Shown here one piece after another: positions 1 to 8,567 of a stretch of 64,000 nucleotides of DNA. Each line of letters begins with the position of its first letter. Position 1 is the stretch's first letter. Source of the DNA: Gammaproteobacteria bacterium (lineage in GTDB: Bacteria > Pseudomonadota > Gammaproteobacteria > UBA4575); NCBI GenBank assembly GCA_965243395.1, contig CBDEUS010000001.1, positions 1,120,001 through 1,184,000 of the forward strand. Direction: 5' to 3'. Under the pieces are notes generated by a model, which was given only the letters and a program-made list of their open reading frames with translations, searched no databases and had not been told where the DNA came from. The translations under genes were made by a program, and so were the position numbers.

Positions 1-824
1 GCAACTTTTTCTGCCATATGATGCAAATAGATTTTTAATGTACTTTTATTTGTTGTATTCGGTGGCATAACTTTACCGTGACCTATCGACTTAGGCGCTG
101 CAACAATAGGCTGTAAAGGCTCCGGATCTAAGCCCTGAGCCATGTACCAAATCCGTCTGCCCGGGTTCCCAAAACGTCTTGCTAATTCTCCAATAGGCAA
201 TTTCTTCATATCGCCACATACATGTACACCACGATTTGTTAGAAATCTACCAATCCCTTTTGCAATACCACATAAATCCGTTACAGGTAATGTTTTGAGA
301 AATTCTTCTGATTCCCAAGGCGGTACAACAACATGTCCATCGGGTTTATCTTGTTTAGCTGCAACTTTAGCTGTAGTTTTATCTCCGCTAATACCAACAC
401 TGCAGGGCACTCCTCCTGCTTCATACACAGTATCTTTAATAAGCCTCCCTATATTTGCAGGATCACCATAAATATTTTGACAGTGAGTAAAATCTAAAAA
501 GGCTTCATCTACTGAAAATATCTCAATATCAGGTGTAATGTTTTGCAATGCAGACATAATATTAGTGGACACTTCTGCATAACGATAAGGCCTGGCTGGC
601 ACTTGAATCACATCAGGACATAGTTCTTTCGCGTACTTAATTCGAGTAGCTGTTTTTATCCCATAGGCTCTTGCTTCATAAGAGCAAGTAATAAAGCATG
701 TGCCAGTAAGCCCGTTTGTAATACCTATCGGCCGGCCGCGTAACTCCGGGTGATCATGTTGTTCGATGCTCGCAAAGAAAGCATCCATATCGATTAATGC
801 AATAGCACGCTCCCAATGTCTCAT
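1..824 (-). CDS. dinB: DNA polymerase IV (Y-family); 3' end runs off the window
   Basis: Not in the ORF track; translated by hand from ATG at 824: MRHWERAIALIDMDAFFASIEQ...CSYEARAYGI...FSVDEAFLD...AAKQDKPDG. These are the Y-family DMDAFFAS, SYEAR and S-x-DEA motifs. Starts 16 nt after the lexA stop. Confidence 0.95.
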   Translation of the reverse strand, partial: MRHWERAIALIDMDAFFASIEQHDHPELRGRPIGITNGLTGTCFITCSYEARAYGIKTATRIKYAKELCPDVIQVPARPYRYAEVSTNIMSALQNITPDIEIFSVDEAFLDFTHCQNIYGDPANIGRLIKDTVYEAGGVPCSVGISGDKTTAKVAAKQDKPDGHVVVPPWESEEFLKTLPVTDLCGIAKGIGRFLTNRGVHVCGDMKKLPIGELARRFGNPGRRIWYMAQGLDPEPLQPIVAAPKSIGHGKVMPPNTTNKSTLKIYLHHMAEKV

Positions 825-840
825 CGCCAGTCAACATGAG

Positions 841-1431
841 CTAGATATACATTCTTACTTGGCCCACTAATACACCTTGTATCGTTACACGATCAGTCGA
901 ATATTCTTTGGGCTGCATCGTTTTATTAGCAGGAATTAAACGAATAACATCGCGATTTGGGAATTTAATTCTTTTTAACGTTGCATTTTCACCATCAATG
1001 AGCGCTACAACAATTTGATTACTGCGTGCAGCACTTGCTTGTTCGATGACAACAAGATCACCATTACGAATCCCTTCATCAATCATAGAGTGACCTTTCA
1101 CTTGCAATACATAACGGTTGGGGCCACCTAATAAGTTTGCAAAATTAATCAATTCACGATTTTCAATCGCTTCAATGGGTTTGCCGGCAGCAATACGTCC
1201 TAATAGTGGTAATTCATCGCAATCAGGATGGCCTTCTAATTCGATACCACGGTGTTTTTGATGCCGGCGTATGTAACCCTGCTCTTCTAATGTAGATAAA
1301 TAACGGTGCACCACTCCTTTTGATTGAATACCTAAACCCGTAGCAATTTCAGTTAATAATGGTGCTTTGCGATGTTTGGCAATATATTCTTGAATAAAAT
1401 GTAGGGTGCTTTGTTCGCGTTCAGTCAGCAT
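841..1431 (-). CDS. lexA: SOS repressor LexA
   Basis: N-terminal wHTH, Ala-Gly cleavage site (GRIAAG), Ser (GHSM) and Lys (TLKR) dyad. Likely start is ATG 1431 (MLTEREQ) with GGAG upstream, not 1443. Confidence 0.95.
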   Translation of the reverse strand: MLTEREQSTLHFIQEYIAKHRKAPLLTEIATGLGIQSKGVVHRYLSTLEEQGYIRRHQKHRGIELEGHPDCDELPLLGRIAAGKPIEAIENRELINFANLLGGPNRYVLQVKGHSMIDEGIRNGDLVVIEQASAARSNQIVVALIDGENATLKRIKFPNRDVIRLIPANKTMQPKEYSTDRVTIQGVLVGQVRMYI

Positions 1432-1434
1432 AAC

Positions 1435-1480
1435 GTTCTCCATAAGTTCTCATCATAGAGAACTTATGGAGAACATTCAA
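1435..1480 (-). promoter_or_regulatory. lexA-dinB sigma70 promoter with two inverted 17-bp operator copies, each containing GTTC-N7-GTTC
   Basis: Minus strand reads TTGAAT (1480-1475), GTTCTCCATAAGTTCTC (17 nt), TATGAT (1457-1452), GAGAACTTATGGAGAAC. The two 17-mers are a perfect inverted repeat. Confidence 0.8.
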
Positions 1481-1944
1481 TGGGCTTGGCAATAATTTTT
1501 TTGATTACTTGCAAGATATTGTTCTATAAGCTTTTTTGCTAGTTGTTGCTCATCTTCTGTCAATGCATCATATTTCCCACGATGATTGCCTAAGTAAGAC
1601 CAGCCATAGCCCCAGCGATACCAGTTATAGAAATAAGGGCTGCCACCAAAACGCACGCCTTCGTACATCACTTTTGCTAACGATTCATCTTGTGTTTTTT
1701 CAAACACACATTGCTTAAGCTTACGATCTGCAAGTTCACGCTCTTCTTCTGTTCCTCCTTTCCAATACGCTAAGTCATGCTGAAAACAACATTCGCACCA
1801 ATCATCTTTGGTAATTAAAGAACTATCAGGAAAAAGAGAACAACCATCACTGGCAAACGGGCTTAGTTCTACGTCATTGCTACACGAAAAAATAGCGATA
1901 CAAAAGAAAAAATAAATCGAATAAGCGCTTATTTTGTTCTTCAT
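1477..1944 (-). CDS. Putative lipoprotein with a prokaryotic phospholipase A2-like motif
   Basis: Lipobox-like IFSC; SDGCS, CCxxHDxxY (CCFQHDLAY) and ADxxLxxCV motifs. Confidence 0.65.
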   Translation of the reverse strand: MKNKISAYSIYFFFCIAIFSCSNDVELSPFASDGCSLFPDSSLITKDDWCECCFQHDLAYWKGGTEEERELADRKLKQCVFEKTQDESLAKVMYEGVRFGGSPYFYNWYRWGYGWSYLGNHRGKYDALTEDEQQLAKKLIEQYLASNQKNYCQAH

Positions 1945-1963
1945 TTTTTACCTTTGAATATAT

Positions 1964-2040
1964 TGGCGCGCCCGGAGAGATTCGAACTCCCGACCACCTG
2001 GTTCGAAGCCAGGTACTCTATCCAGCTGAGCTACGGGCGC
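1964..2040 (-). tRNA. tRNA-Arg(UCG)
   Basis: GCGCCCGTAGCTCAGCTGGATAGAGTA-CCTGG-CT-TCG-AA-CCAGG-TGGTCGGGAGTTCGAATCTCTCCGGGCGCGCCA: 77 nt, CCA encoded, TATAAT upstream. Confidence 0.95.
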
Positions 2041-2094
2041 ACATCATAATTATAACGGGTTGCTAGATGTTTTCGATTAGCACAGTATCCATAT

Positions 2095-2571
2095 ATGGTA
2101 GATTCAACCCAGCATTACGCTAAATTTTTAGCCTTACTACAACTATTTTATCCGTCTTTATATAACCAAATTAGCGCCCTCTCTGAAAAATCGGATCTCG
2201 TGGAAGCAAATTTAATCTGCTCAAATAATACTCACTCTTTTCAAGCTATTGTCTACAGTGAAGGCATTACTAAAGACGGTGAATTGCTTGAAATTTATGC
2301 GGGTAAAGACTCAATAGCACCTTATTCATGGGATTGGCGTTGGGTATTCGCCCTAAAAATTTTATTTAACGGAAATATTGTTTTTCCAATTAAATTCAAA
2401 CAAAAAGTAATTGCGCTTCCTACAGGAAAGCATCCGCTTAGTAATGTATTTTTTAATATTTTGCAAGAAGAATTTAACAAAGAGATAATTGAAATCATAA
2501 AGTCTGCAAAACATAAAAACCTACCAATACGCGATGGTTTTATTGACTACTGTAAATCTATAAATATTTAA
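2095..2571 (+). CDS. Hypothetical protein
   Basis: 158-aa ORF filling the gap between the tRNA and the glpD stop; no motif recognised. Confidence 0.55.
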   Translation: MVDSTQHYAKFLALLQLFYPSLYNQISALSEKSDLVEANLICSNNTHSFQAIVYSEGITKDGELLEIYAGKDSIAPYSWDWRWVFALKILFNGNIVFPIKFKQKVIALPTGKHPLSNVFFNILQEEFNKEIIEIIKSAKHKNLPIRDGFIDYCKSINI

Positions 2572-2579
2572 AATAGTCG

Positions 2580-3761
2580 TTAACTAGGTTTGGAAAGTTT
2601 TAATTCTTTAGTATTTACTTGGTTTTTTGCTTTTGACAAAGAACCCTCAATATAACTCATCACATGCTCTGCAGTCGCGCGATAAGAGGTTAGTTTGCCA
2701 CCAAAAATGGATAATATTCTGGGTTTATGTTTCCGATCTCGATGATAAATTGTTTCACGTGAACGTTGGTTTGCATTTTTCTGGCTTCTTGGTAATACAC
2801 GTAATCCTGAAAACTTTTTATTGACTTCAAAATTTTGATCACGATACTTTGGGAAGTGCGAATAAAAAGTCTCCAGCAAATATTCTACTTCTTGATCTAA
2901 CGGAAATGTTTTCGCTGGATCATCATCAAAAATACTTTCTGTAGTTCCAATCATCGTTTCACCATACCAGGGCATCACGAATATTGGGCGTTGATCTTGA
3001 GGGCTTTCAATATAGAAAATAACTTCGCCTAATTGTAAGGGTAATATAATGTGTGTGCCTTGAACCAAGTCTACCTGGATATTTTTTTGTTCCGGATGAA
3101 CGCAATCTACTATATCTGATGCCCACGGGCCTGCTGCATTTACTACAACTTTAGTTATCACTTCATTTTTAATTCCTTGATCATCTATATACGCAATCTG
3201 ATTAGATTCATTATCTAAAATTATCTTGTTCACCTTTGCATTTAATATAAGCTCAGCTCCGAATTCTTGAGCTGAGTTCATTACTGATTGGGTTAACAAG
3301 CTATCATCAGTTTGTGCTTCATAATATTGATAAACTGCAAGCAGGTTTTCTTGCTTTAGTCCATGTAAAGAATCCCAATCTTGCTTGGGTATTTTTTTAA
3401 ATTGGGCATCTTTGCTTAGATTTCCCAGCAGCGCATATAAAGACAAACCAGCACGTATCATTAAAGGTGAGCGTTTAGAGTGCTTGTATATAGGAATATA
3501 TACCGGGGTAAGTTTGACTAAATCAGGAGCATTTTTAAGCAGGTAACTCCGTTCAATCAAGCATTCACGTACCAATGAAAATTCAAATTGTTCTAGATAG
3601 CGTAATCCCCCGTGTATGAGTTTACTTGAGCGAGAAGATGTACCTTCTGCCAAATGATCATATTGCTCAAGCAAGACCGTTTTGTATCCCCTTACTGCAG
3701 CGGCCTGCGCAACCCCAACTCCATGAATACCTCCACCTATAATCGCAACATCGTAACTCAT
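2580..3761 (-). CDS. glpD: FAD-dependent glycerol-3-phosphate dehydrogenase/oxidase (short form)
   Basis: IIGGGIHG FAD motif, GTSSRSSKLIHGGLRYLE, VVNAAGPW, GGKLTSYR. Confidence 0.9.
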   Translation of the reverse strand: MSYDVAIIGGGIHGVGVAQAAAVRGYKTVLLEQYDHLAEGTSSRSSKLIHGGLRYLEQFEFSLVRECLIERSYLLKNAPDLVKLTPVYIPIYKHSKRSPLMIRAGLSLYALLGNLSKDAQFKKIPKQDWDSLHGLKQENLLAVYQYYEAQTDDSLLTQSVMNSAQEFGAELILNAKVNKIILDNESNQIAYIDDQGIKNEVITKVVVNAAGPWASDIVDCVHPEQKNIQVDLVQGTHIILPLQLGEVIFYIESPQDQRPIFVMPWYGETMIGTTESIFDDDPAKTFPLDQEVEYLLETFYSHFPKYRDQNFEVNKKFSGLRVLPRSQKNANQRSRETIYHRDRKHKPRILSIFGGKLTSYRATAEHVMSYIEGSLSKAKNQVNTKELKLSKPS

Positions 3762-3764
3762 GTA

Positions 3765-4493
3765 TTATTTAAAATATTCTGAGTTGCTGAGCTTTACAAT
3801 ATCACCTGTTTCAATTAAATCCACACCTTGTTCTAACAATTCATAAGCAAAATTCGGATTACTAATATCGTACAAAGCCCATTTCCACGGACCATTCCAT
3901 AATTGATTGGGTTGGTTAATTTTTTTCACGTTACAAAATAGGTATTCTGGTTGTATATCTTTTGCTTCTTTAAAATATTTTTCATTATATTTTTTCAATA
4001 CATAACCAGTTGGTAATAATTGTTTGCTTTTTACATATCTGACAACACTAGATAAAAAAGAAATTATGATGATATTAAATATAGCATTCTCCTGGATATC
4101 TAATACACGATTCACTACCGTTTCTAACCCAAATTTCTCAATACTTTCTTTTTTAATTTCTACAAAAACATTTAATTTAGAATACTGATTCATAAGCTGA
4201 ATTATTTGTTCCAAACTTGGAATAAATAACAATTTTTTTTCGCCATCTAGATTCTTAGAACGCAGTAAAGAAATAGATTGTAATTCTTCAGCCTTCAAAT
4301 CCCAGACTTTACTATTAATACCCGTAGTTCGACTTAAACTCTCATCATGGATTACAATAGGCTCTAAATCTTTTGAAAACTGAATATCTAATTCAAGATA
4401 CTGAAACCCAAGCATTGCTGCTTTTTGAAAGGCAAGCGCACTATTCTCAGGATATGTCGTCATATCACCTCGATGAGCAATTAATCTATTCAT
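3765..4493 (-). CDS. Glycerophosphodiester phosphodiesterase (GlpQ/UgpQ family)
   Basis: IAHRG...PENS...ELDIQFSKD...HD motifs. Confidence 0.9.
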   Translation of the reverse strand: MNRLIAHRGDMTTYPENSALAFQKAAMLGFQYLELDIQFSKDLEPIVIHDESLSRTTGINSKVWDLKAEELQSISLLRSKNLDGEKKLLFIPSLEQIIQLMNQYSKLNVFVEIKKESIEKFGLETVVNRVLDIQENAIFNIIIISFLSSVVRYVKSKQLLPTGYVLKKYNEKYFKEAKDIQPEYLFCNVKKINQPNQLWNGPWKWALYDISNPNFAYELLEQGVDLIETGDIVKLSNSEYFK

Positions 4494-5917
4494 TAATGCA
4501 GCATTCCTGTAAATGCATTACGAAACAGCTTGTAACGCGATAATAGTGAGTTGTTTTCATTTGGATAAAAGTGTTTGCTTTCTAAAATATCCCAAACAGG
4601 CTTTTGCATTGCAAGCCAAGCAGCGCCTCGAGATGTAGCTTCTTTGAAATTAGACACAACAACATCTGCCTCGCATAGATCAGCTAAACACTGACACAAA
4701 TGCTCATCTTTGCTCATACCACCTGCAATTAATAATTGGTTGACTTCAACATCATGCATTCGCATTTTTTTAATGTTAATTGTAATTAAAAATGCAATAC
4801 TCTCCATCAATGCAGCCATACATTGATGAATAGAATAATCTTGATAATTTTTTTCAGATTGTAAAAATCCTGCTTGGATATCACTTCTCCAAAATGGCGA
4901 ACCCAAACCACCTATGGTATTTAAAAATATGGGTACATCTTCAACATTTTTCCATTCAATGGATTCTATTTCATTGATACCCCATTCTTCTTCTGCCCAA
5001 GTCATGGCGGCTCCCGCTCCATTTACGGTACCCTCTAAAACATACTCTTCTTCGCTTTCAGAGCTATAAGTAATACTGCTTAACAATTTAGAACTCAATA
5101 TTGGTCCTCGCTTACTTCTAGCTAATATAAAAGCACCCGTACCTATATTGACAAAAGCTGTATCATTCTCAAGCTTTCCATAACCGTAAACTGCACTATT
5201 TTGATCACCATTTACTAGCACCAAAGGATATTCTAGTTTTTTTACTTCGCCATATTTAAAGCTATTGGGTACAGGCTTGGGTAAATAGCGAGTATCAATA
5301 CAAAATGCAGTAAGCAAATCCTCATCCCATGTTTTTGTTTTTAAATTCCAAAGAAGTGTTCTATGAGCATTTGAAAAGTCTATAAAATTTGGTTGATGTT
5401 CAAGCAAATTGAAAATCAAATACGTCGCGAGCGGCCCAAATCTAAGCTGATCATTCTGTTGTTTATTTTTAACCGCTACATCGTTTTCTAGTAGCCACTG
5501 CAACTTAGATGCACCATAGTGAGGTGATAGCGGCAAACCTGTTTTTTGCTTGATAATGTCCTCTTGGAATTCAAAATTTTCTAATTTATTTTGTGTGCGA
5601 GTATCTAACCAACTTAATGCAGGTGTAATTGCCTCACCAGTCAACTTATCCCAGGCAATTACAGTGGAACGTTGCGTAGTTAAAGCAACAGAAATATTCG
5701 TTAAATTACTTTTCCTAATGAATTTTTGTGCTTCATCCAATACAGAGATACACGAATTTAAAATTTGCGTTCCATCTTGCTCGACTTGGAATGAATCACG
5801 ATAGTAGAGATCAACTTCTTGTTGAGATTTGAAAATTGCATTACCTAATAGATCATAGATAATCGCACGGGTGGAGTGAGTACCTTGGTCTACGACAATT
5901 ACATTTGACCAAGACAT
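4493..5917 (-). CDS. glpK: Glycerol kinase-like FGGY carbohydrate kinase
   Basis: DQGTHSTRA, TTQRST, GDQNSA, GTGAF, GLGSPFW motifs; lies in an operon with glpQ and glpD. Confidence 0.8.
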   Translation of the reverse strand: MSWSNVIVVDQGTHSTRAIIYDLLGNAIFKSQQEVDLYYRDSFQVEQDGTQILNSCISVLDEAQKFIRKSNLTNISVALTTQRSTVIAWDKLTGEAITPALSWLDTRTQNKLENFEFQEDIIKQKTGLPLSPHYGASKLQWLLENDVAVKNKQQNDQLRFGPLATYLIFNLLEHQPNFIDFSNAHRTLLWNLKTKTWDEDLLTAFCIDTRYLPKPVPNSFKYGEVKKLEYPLVLVNGDQNSAVYGYGKLENDTAFVNIGTGAFILARSKRGPILSSKLLSSITYSSESEEEYVLEGTVNGAGAAMTWAEEEWGINEIESIEWKNVEDVPIFLNTIGGLGSPFWRSDIQAGFLQSEKNYQDYSIHQCMAALMESIAFLITINIKKMRMHDVEVNQLLIAGGMSKDEHLCQCLADLCEADVVVSNFKEATSRGAAWLAMQKPVWDILESKHFYPNENNSLLSRYKLFRNAFTGMLH

Positions 5918-5929
5918 TTAGATACAGAA

Positions 5930-6523
5930 TTATACTTTTCTCTTGAGATAAAAAAACAATCGAATTCCGAGTAGTACAGCTAAAATAATAGCGTATATCA
6001 TCGGTTCACGTGTATCAATTTTTACCATCCACCAAAAATGCAGTACTGCAAGTATTGCAATTATGTACACCAAACGATGCAATTGAATCCATTTATATTG
6101 CAAACGTTCAACCATTTTATTCGTTGAGGTTACAGCAAGTGGAATAAGCAATATCAACGCAGAAAACCCTGCGGTAATAAAAGGTCGCTTAATTACATCA
6201 TCTATAATTTCACTAAAATCAAAAAACTGATCTAGCACCACATAGGAGGTCACGTGTGTACACACATAAAAGAATGCAAACAGACCAAACATACGTCGAT
6301 ATTGAATAATATTATTCCAACGAAAGATTCTAATTATCGGTGAAAATGCAAGTGTCAATAATAGTATACGTAAGGCCCAATCACCTGTATATCGATTGAT
6401 AGTTTCAATAGGATTAGCACCGAACCCTTCAGAATAGAAGCGATAAGCCAGCAATACCAAAGGCAATAACAATAATATAAAGAGTACGGGCTTAATTATT
6501 TTGCCCGATTTATTAGTTAACAC
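5930..6523 (-). CDS. msrQ: Methionine sulfoxide reductase heme-binding subunit
   Basis: RRMFGLFAFFY, KRPFITAG, LAVTS, WIQLHRLVY; follows msrP. Confidence 0.93.
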   Translation of the reverse strand: MLTNKSGKIIKPVLFILLLLPLVLLAYRFYSEGFGANPIETINRYTGDWALRILLLTLAFSPIIRIFRWNNIIQYRRMFGLFAFFYVCTHVTSYVVLDQFFDFSEIIDDVIKRPFITAGFSALILLIPLAVTSTNKMVERLQYKWIQLHRLVYIIAILAVLHFWWMVKIDTREPMIYAIILAVLLGIRLFFYLKRKV

Positions 6524-6558
6524 AGTTTTCTGGGTGTTTTATTCTAGTTTTATATAAG

Positions 6559-7524
6559 TTAGAAATTTTTCTTAAGATCCATACCTGTATATAAGCTTGC
6601 CACTTGGTCTCCATAGCCATTAAAAGGTAGTGTTTCTCGTTTTAAAAATTCTCCGATTCTTCGCTCTCGCTTTTGACTCCATCTTGGGTGATCTACTTCT
6701 GGGTTCACATTAGAGTAAAAACCATATTCTCTTGGGCCAGCAACATTCCAGCTTGTTGCAGGCTGCTCCGCCAGAAAGTTAATACTGACGATAGATTTAA
6801 TACTTTTAAATCCATACTTCCAAGGCACAACTAAACGCAAAGGTGCTCCATTTTGATTCGGCAACTCTTTACCATATAAGCCGACAGCTAAAATTGTTAG
6901 CGGATGCATGGCTTCATCAATTCGCAAACCTTCTCGATAAGGCCAGTCTAAAACACTTCGTTTTTGACCTGGCAAATTGTCAGGATCTAAAATAGTTTTG
7001 AATTCAACAAACTTGGCTTTAGAAGTAGGTTTAAATTTCTTCAAAATAGGTCCAAGCTCAATACCCACCCACGGAATTACCATTGACCAAGCTTCTACAC
7101 AACGTAAACGATAAATTCTTTCTTCAAGTTTTGCAGGCGATATAAAATCTTCTAAATCAAATTCACCTGTTTCTTCACACTCACCAGTAACCTCTACACT
7201 CCAGGGTTTAACTTTCAAGTGGTGCGCATTACGTTTTGGATCACCCTTATCTAAGCCTAACTCATAAAAATTATTGTAGCCCGTTACCGCATCAAAAGGA
7301 GTTAACTCATCTTTAGTGGAATATTCGCTTTTGCTGATGTTTTCAAAATTAATATCTGCAGATCCAACTACTGGCCACATGGCTAAAGAAGGTGCCAGAG
7401 ACATTGCAGTAATAGACGCAGAATTTTTTATAAATTTTCTACGTTCTTTGTATATTGCCTGATCGGTAACATCAGACTCGGTTAAATCCATAGGCTTTCG
7501 TACTTTTATCAACATGCTCATCAA
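6559..7524 (-). CDS. msrP: Periplasmic methionine sulfoxide reductase, Mo catalytic subunit
   Basis: Tat motif RRKFIK; [47 protein letters not shown]. Confidence 0.96.
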   Translation of the reverse strand: MMSMLIKVRKPMDLTESDVTDQAIYKERRKFIKNSASITAMSLAPSLAMWPVVGSADINFENISKSEYSTKDELTPFDAVTGYNNFYELGLDKGDPKRNAHHLKVKPWSVEVTGECEETGEFDLEDFISPAKLEERIYRLRCVEAWSMVIPWVGIELGPILKKFKPTSKAKFVEFKTILDPDNLPGQKRSVLDWPYREGLRIDEAMHPLTILAVGLYGKELPNQNGAPLRLVVPWKYGFKSIKSIVSINFLAEQPATSWNVAGPREYGFYSNVNPEVDHPRWSQKRERRIGEFLKRETLPFNGYGDQVASLYTGMDLKKNF

Positions 7525-7658
7525 TGCCTTAGTAATCAGTTATTTATTTAGTATTAGAGTAAATTATATTGTAACGGTTCAGAGATTCATCCACCTTGCG
7601 TGCATAATCTTGTACTGTCCAGCCTAATAGACCGGACTTACGACTAATTAATGACCAA

Positions 7659-8030
7659 TCAGTTATTGGAAAAATATGAACTCAGTAGATCTACCAGTTC
7701 TTTAGGGTCAAATGGCTTCTCGAATACGCCTATTGCTCCATTTTGAATTGCAGTGTCTTTTACGGCTCCATACATAGCGGTGATAAATACAATAGGAATT
7801 ATAGCATTTTCATTGATTAATTTCTGTTGCAATTCAAGACCCGTCATACCAGACATATCTTGATCTAATACTAAAACGCCTTCACTGGGTTTAGGATGTG
7901 CTTCTATAAATGCTTCAGCTGAATGAAATACTTCAACATCATAACCACGTTTTCGTAATATCAAAGTGTGTGAATGACACACTATTCGATCATCATCCAC
8001 TAGATAAATTTTAGTTGCACTTGAAGACAA
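7659..8030 (-). CDS. Single-domain response regulator (FixJ-like receiver, no output domain)
   Basis: LVDDD, LDQDM phosphoacceptor, FITA, EKP. Confidence 0.85.
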   Translation of the reverse strand: MSSSATKIYLVDDDRIVCHSHTLILRKRGYDVEVFHSAEAFIEAHPKPSEGVLVLDQDMSGMTGLELQQKLINENAIIPIVFITAMYGAVKDTAIQNGAIGVFEKPFDPKELVDLLSSYFSNN

Positions 8031-8059
8031 TCTTGTTTCTCAGTATTTAATGTGAATGA

Positions 8060-8087
8060 TTAATGTAGTAATAGCTTACTACATTAA
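8060..8087. repeat. Perfect 12-bp inverted repeat upstream of the receiver gene
   Basis: TTAATGTAGTAA-TAGC-TTACTACATTAA. Confidence 0.6.
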
Positions 8088-8481
8088 ATTCATACATGCG
8101 CTCTTCATTTTTCTCACTCGATGATGTAGAAAATCTTAAATTAATCATTTTTCGCGTAAAGCGCGTTGTACAAGCACTCAGGAAGACCAAATTCGCATAA
8201 GATGGCCCATCATCCAATAGTAACTGAACTTAAATTTTATCTGAGGTTGCTTCTTCAAAAATTGCACTACTAGAAAGTACAACTTTCAATAACAAAGATG
8301 TGGTTAATATGCGTGATAGTGCAGTTTGAATTTTTTCATCCCAATTAAAATTGGATATACACTAAATTGAACATGGGCTAGATAGGACTATTTTAAACAG
8401 CTATGTTTCCTTGTTGAGGTTTTATATAAGTACGTTTTCACCAAGTTTAATACTCAACAAACAAAATTTCTTTCTTAATGT

Positions 8482-8509
8482 TGGGTAGCTAACCAAGGTT
8501 AGCTACCCA
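8482..8509 (-). terminator. Strong hairpin downstream of the beta-propeller gene (terminator or stabiliser)
   Basis: TGGGTAGCTAACC-AA-GGTTAGCTACCCA; no clear U-tract. Confidence 0.5.
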
Positions 8510-8567
8510 CACCCTTAGAAAGGGACCACTAAGATTGGATACTACTTTCTTTTATAAAGTAGATTTT

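Noticed and set aside
142-471. 109-aa plus-strand ORF
   Set aside because: Antisense shadow of dinB.
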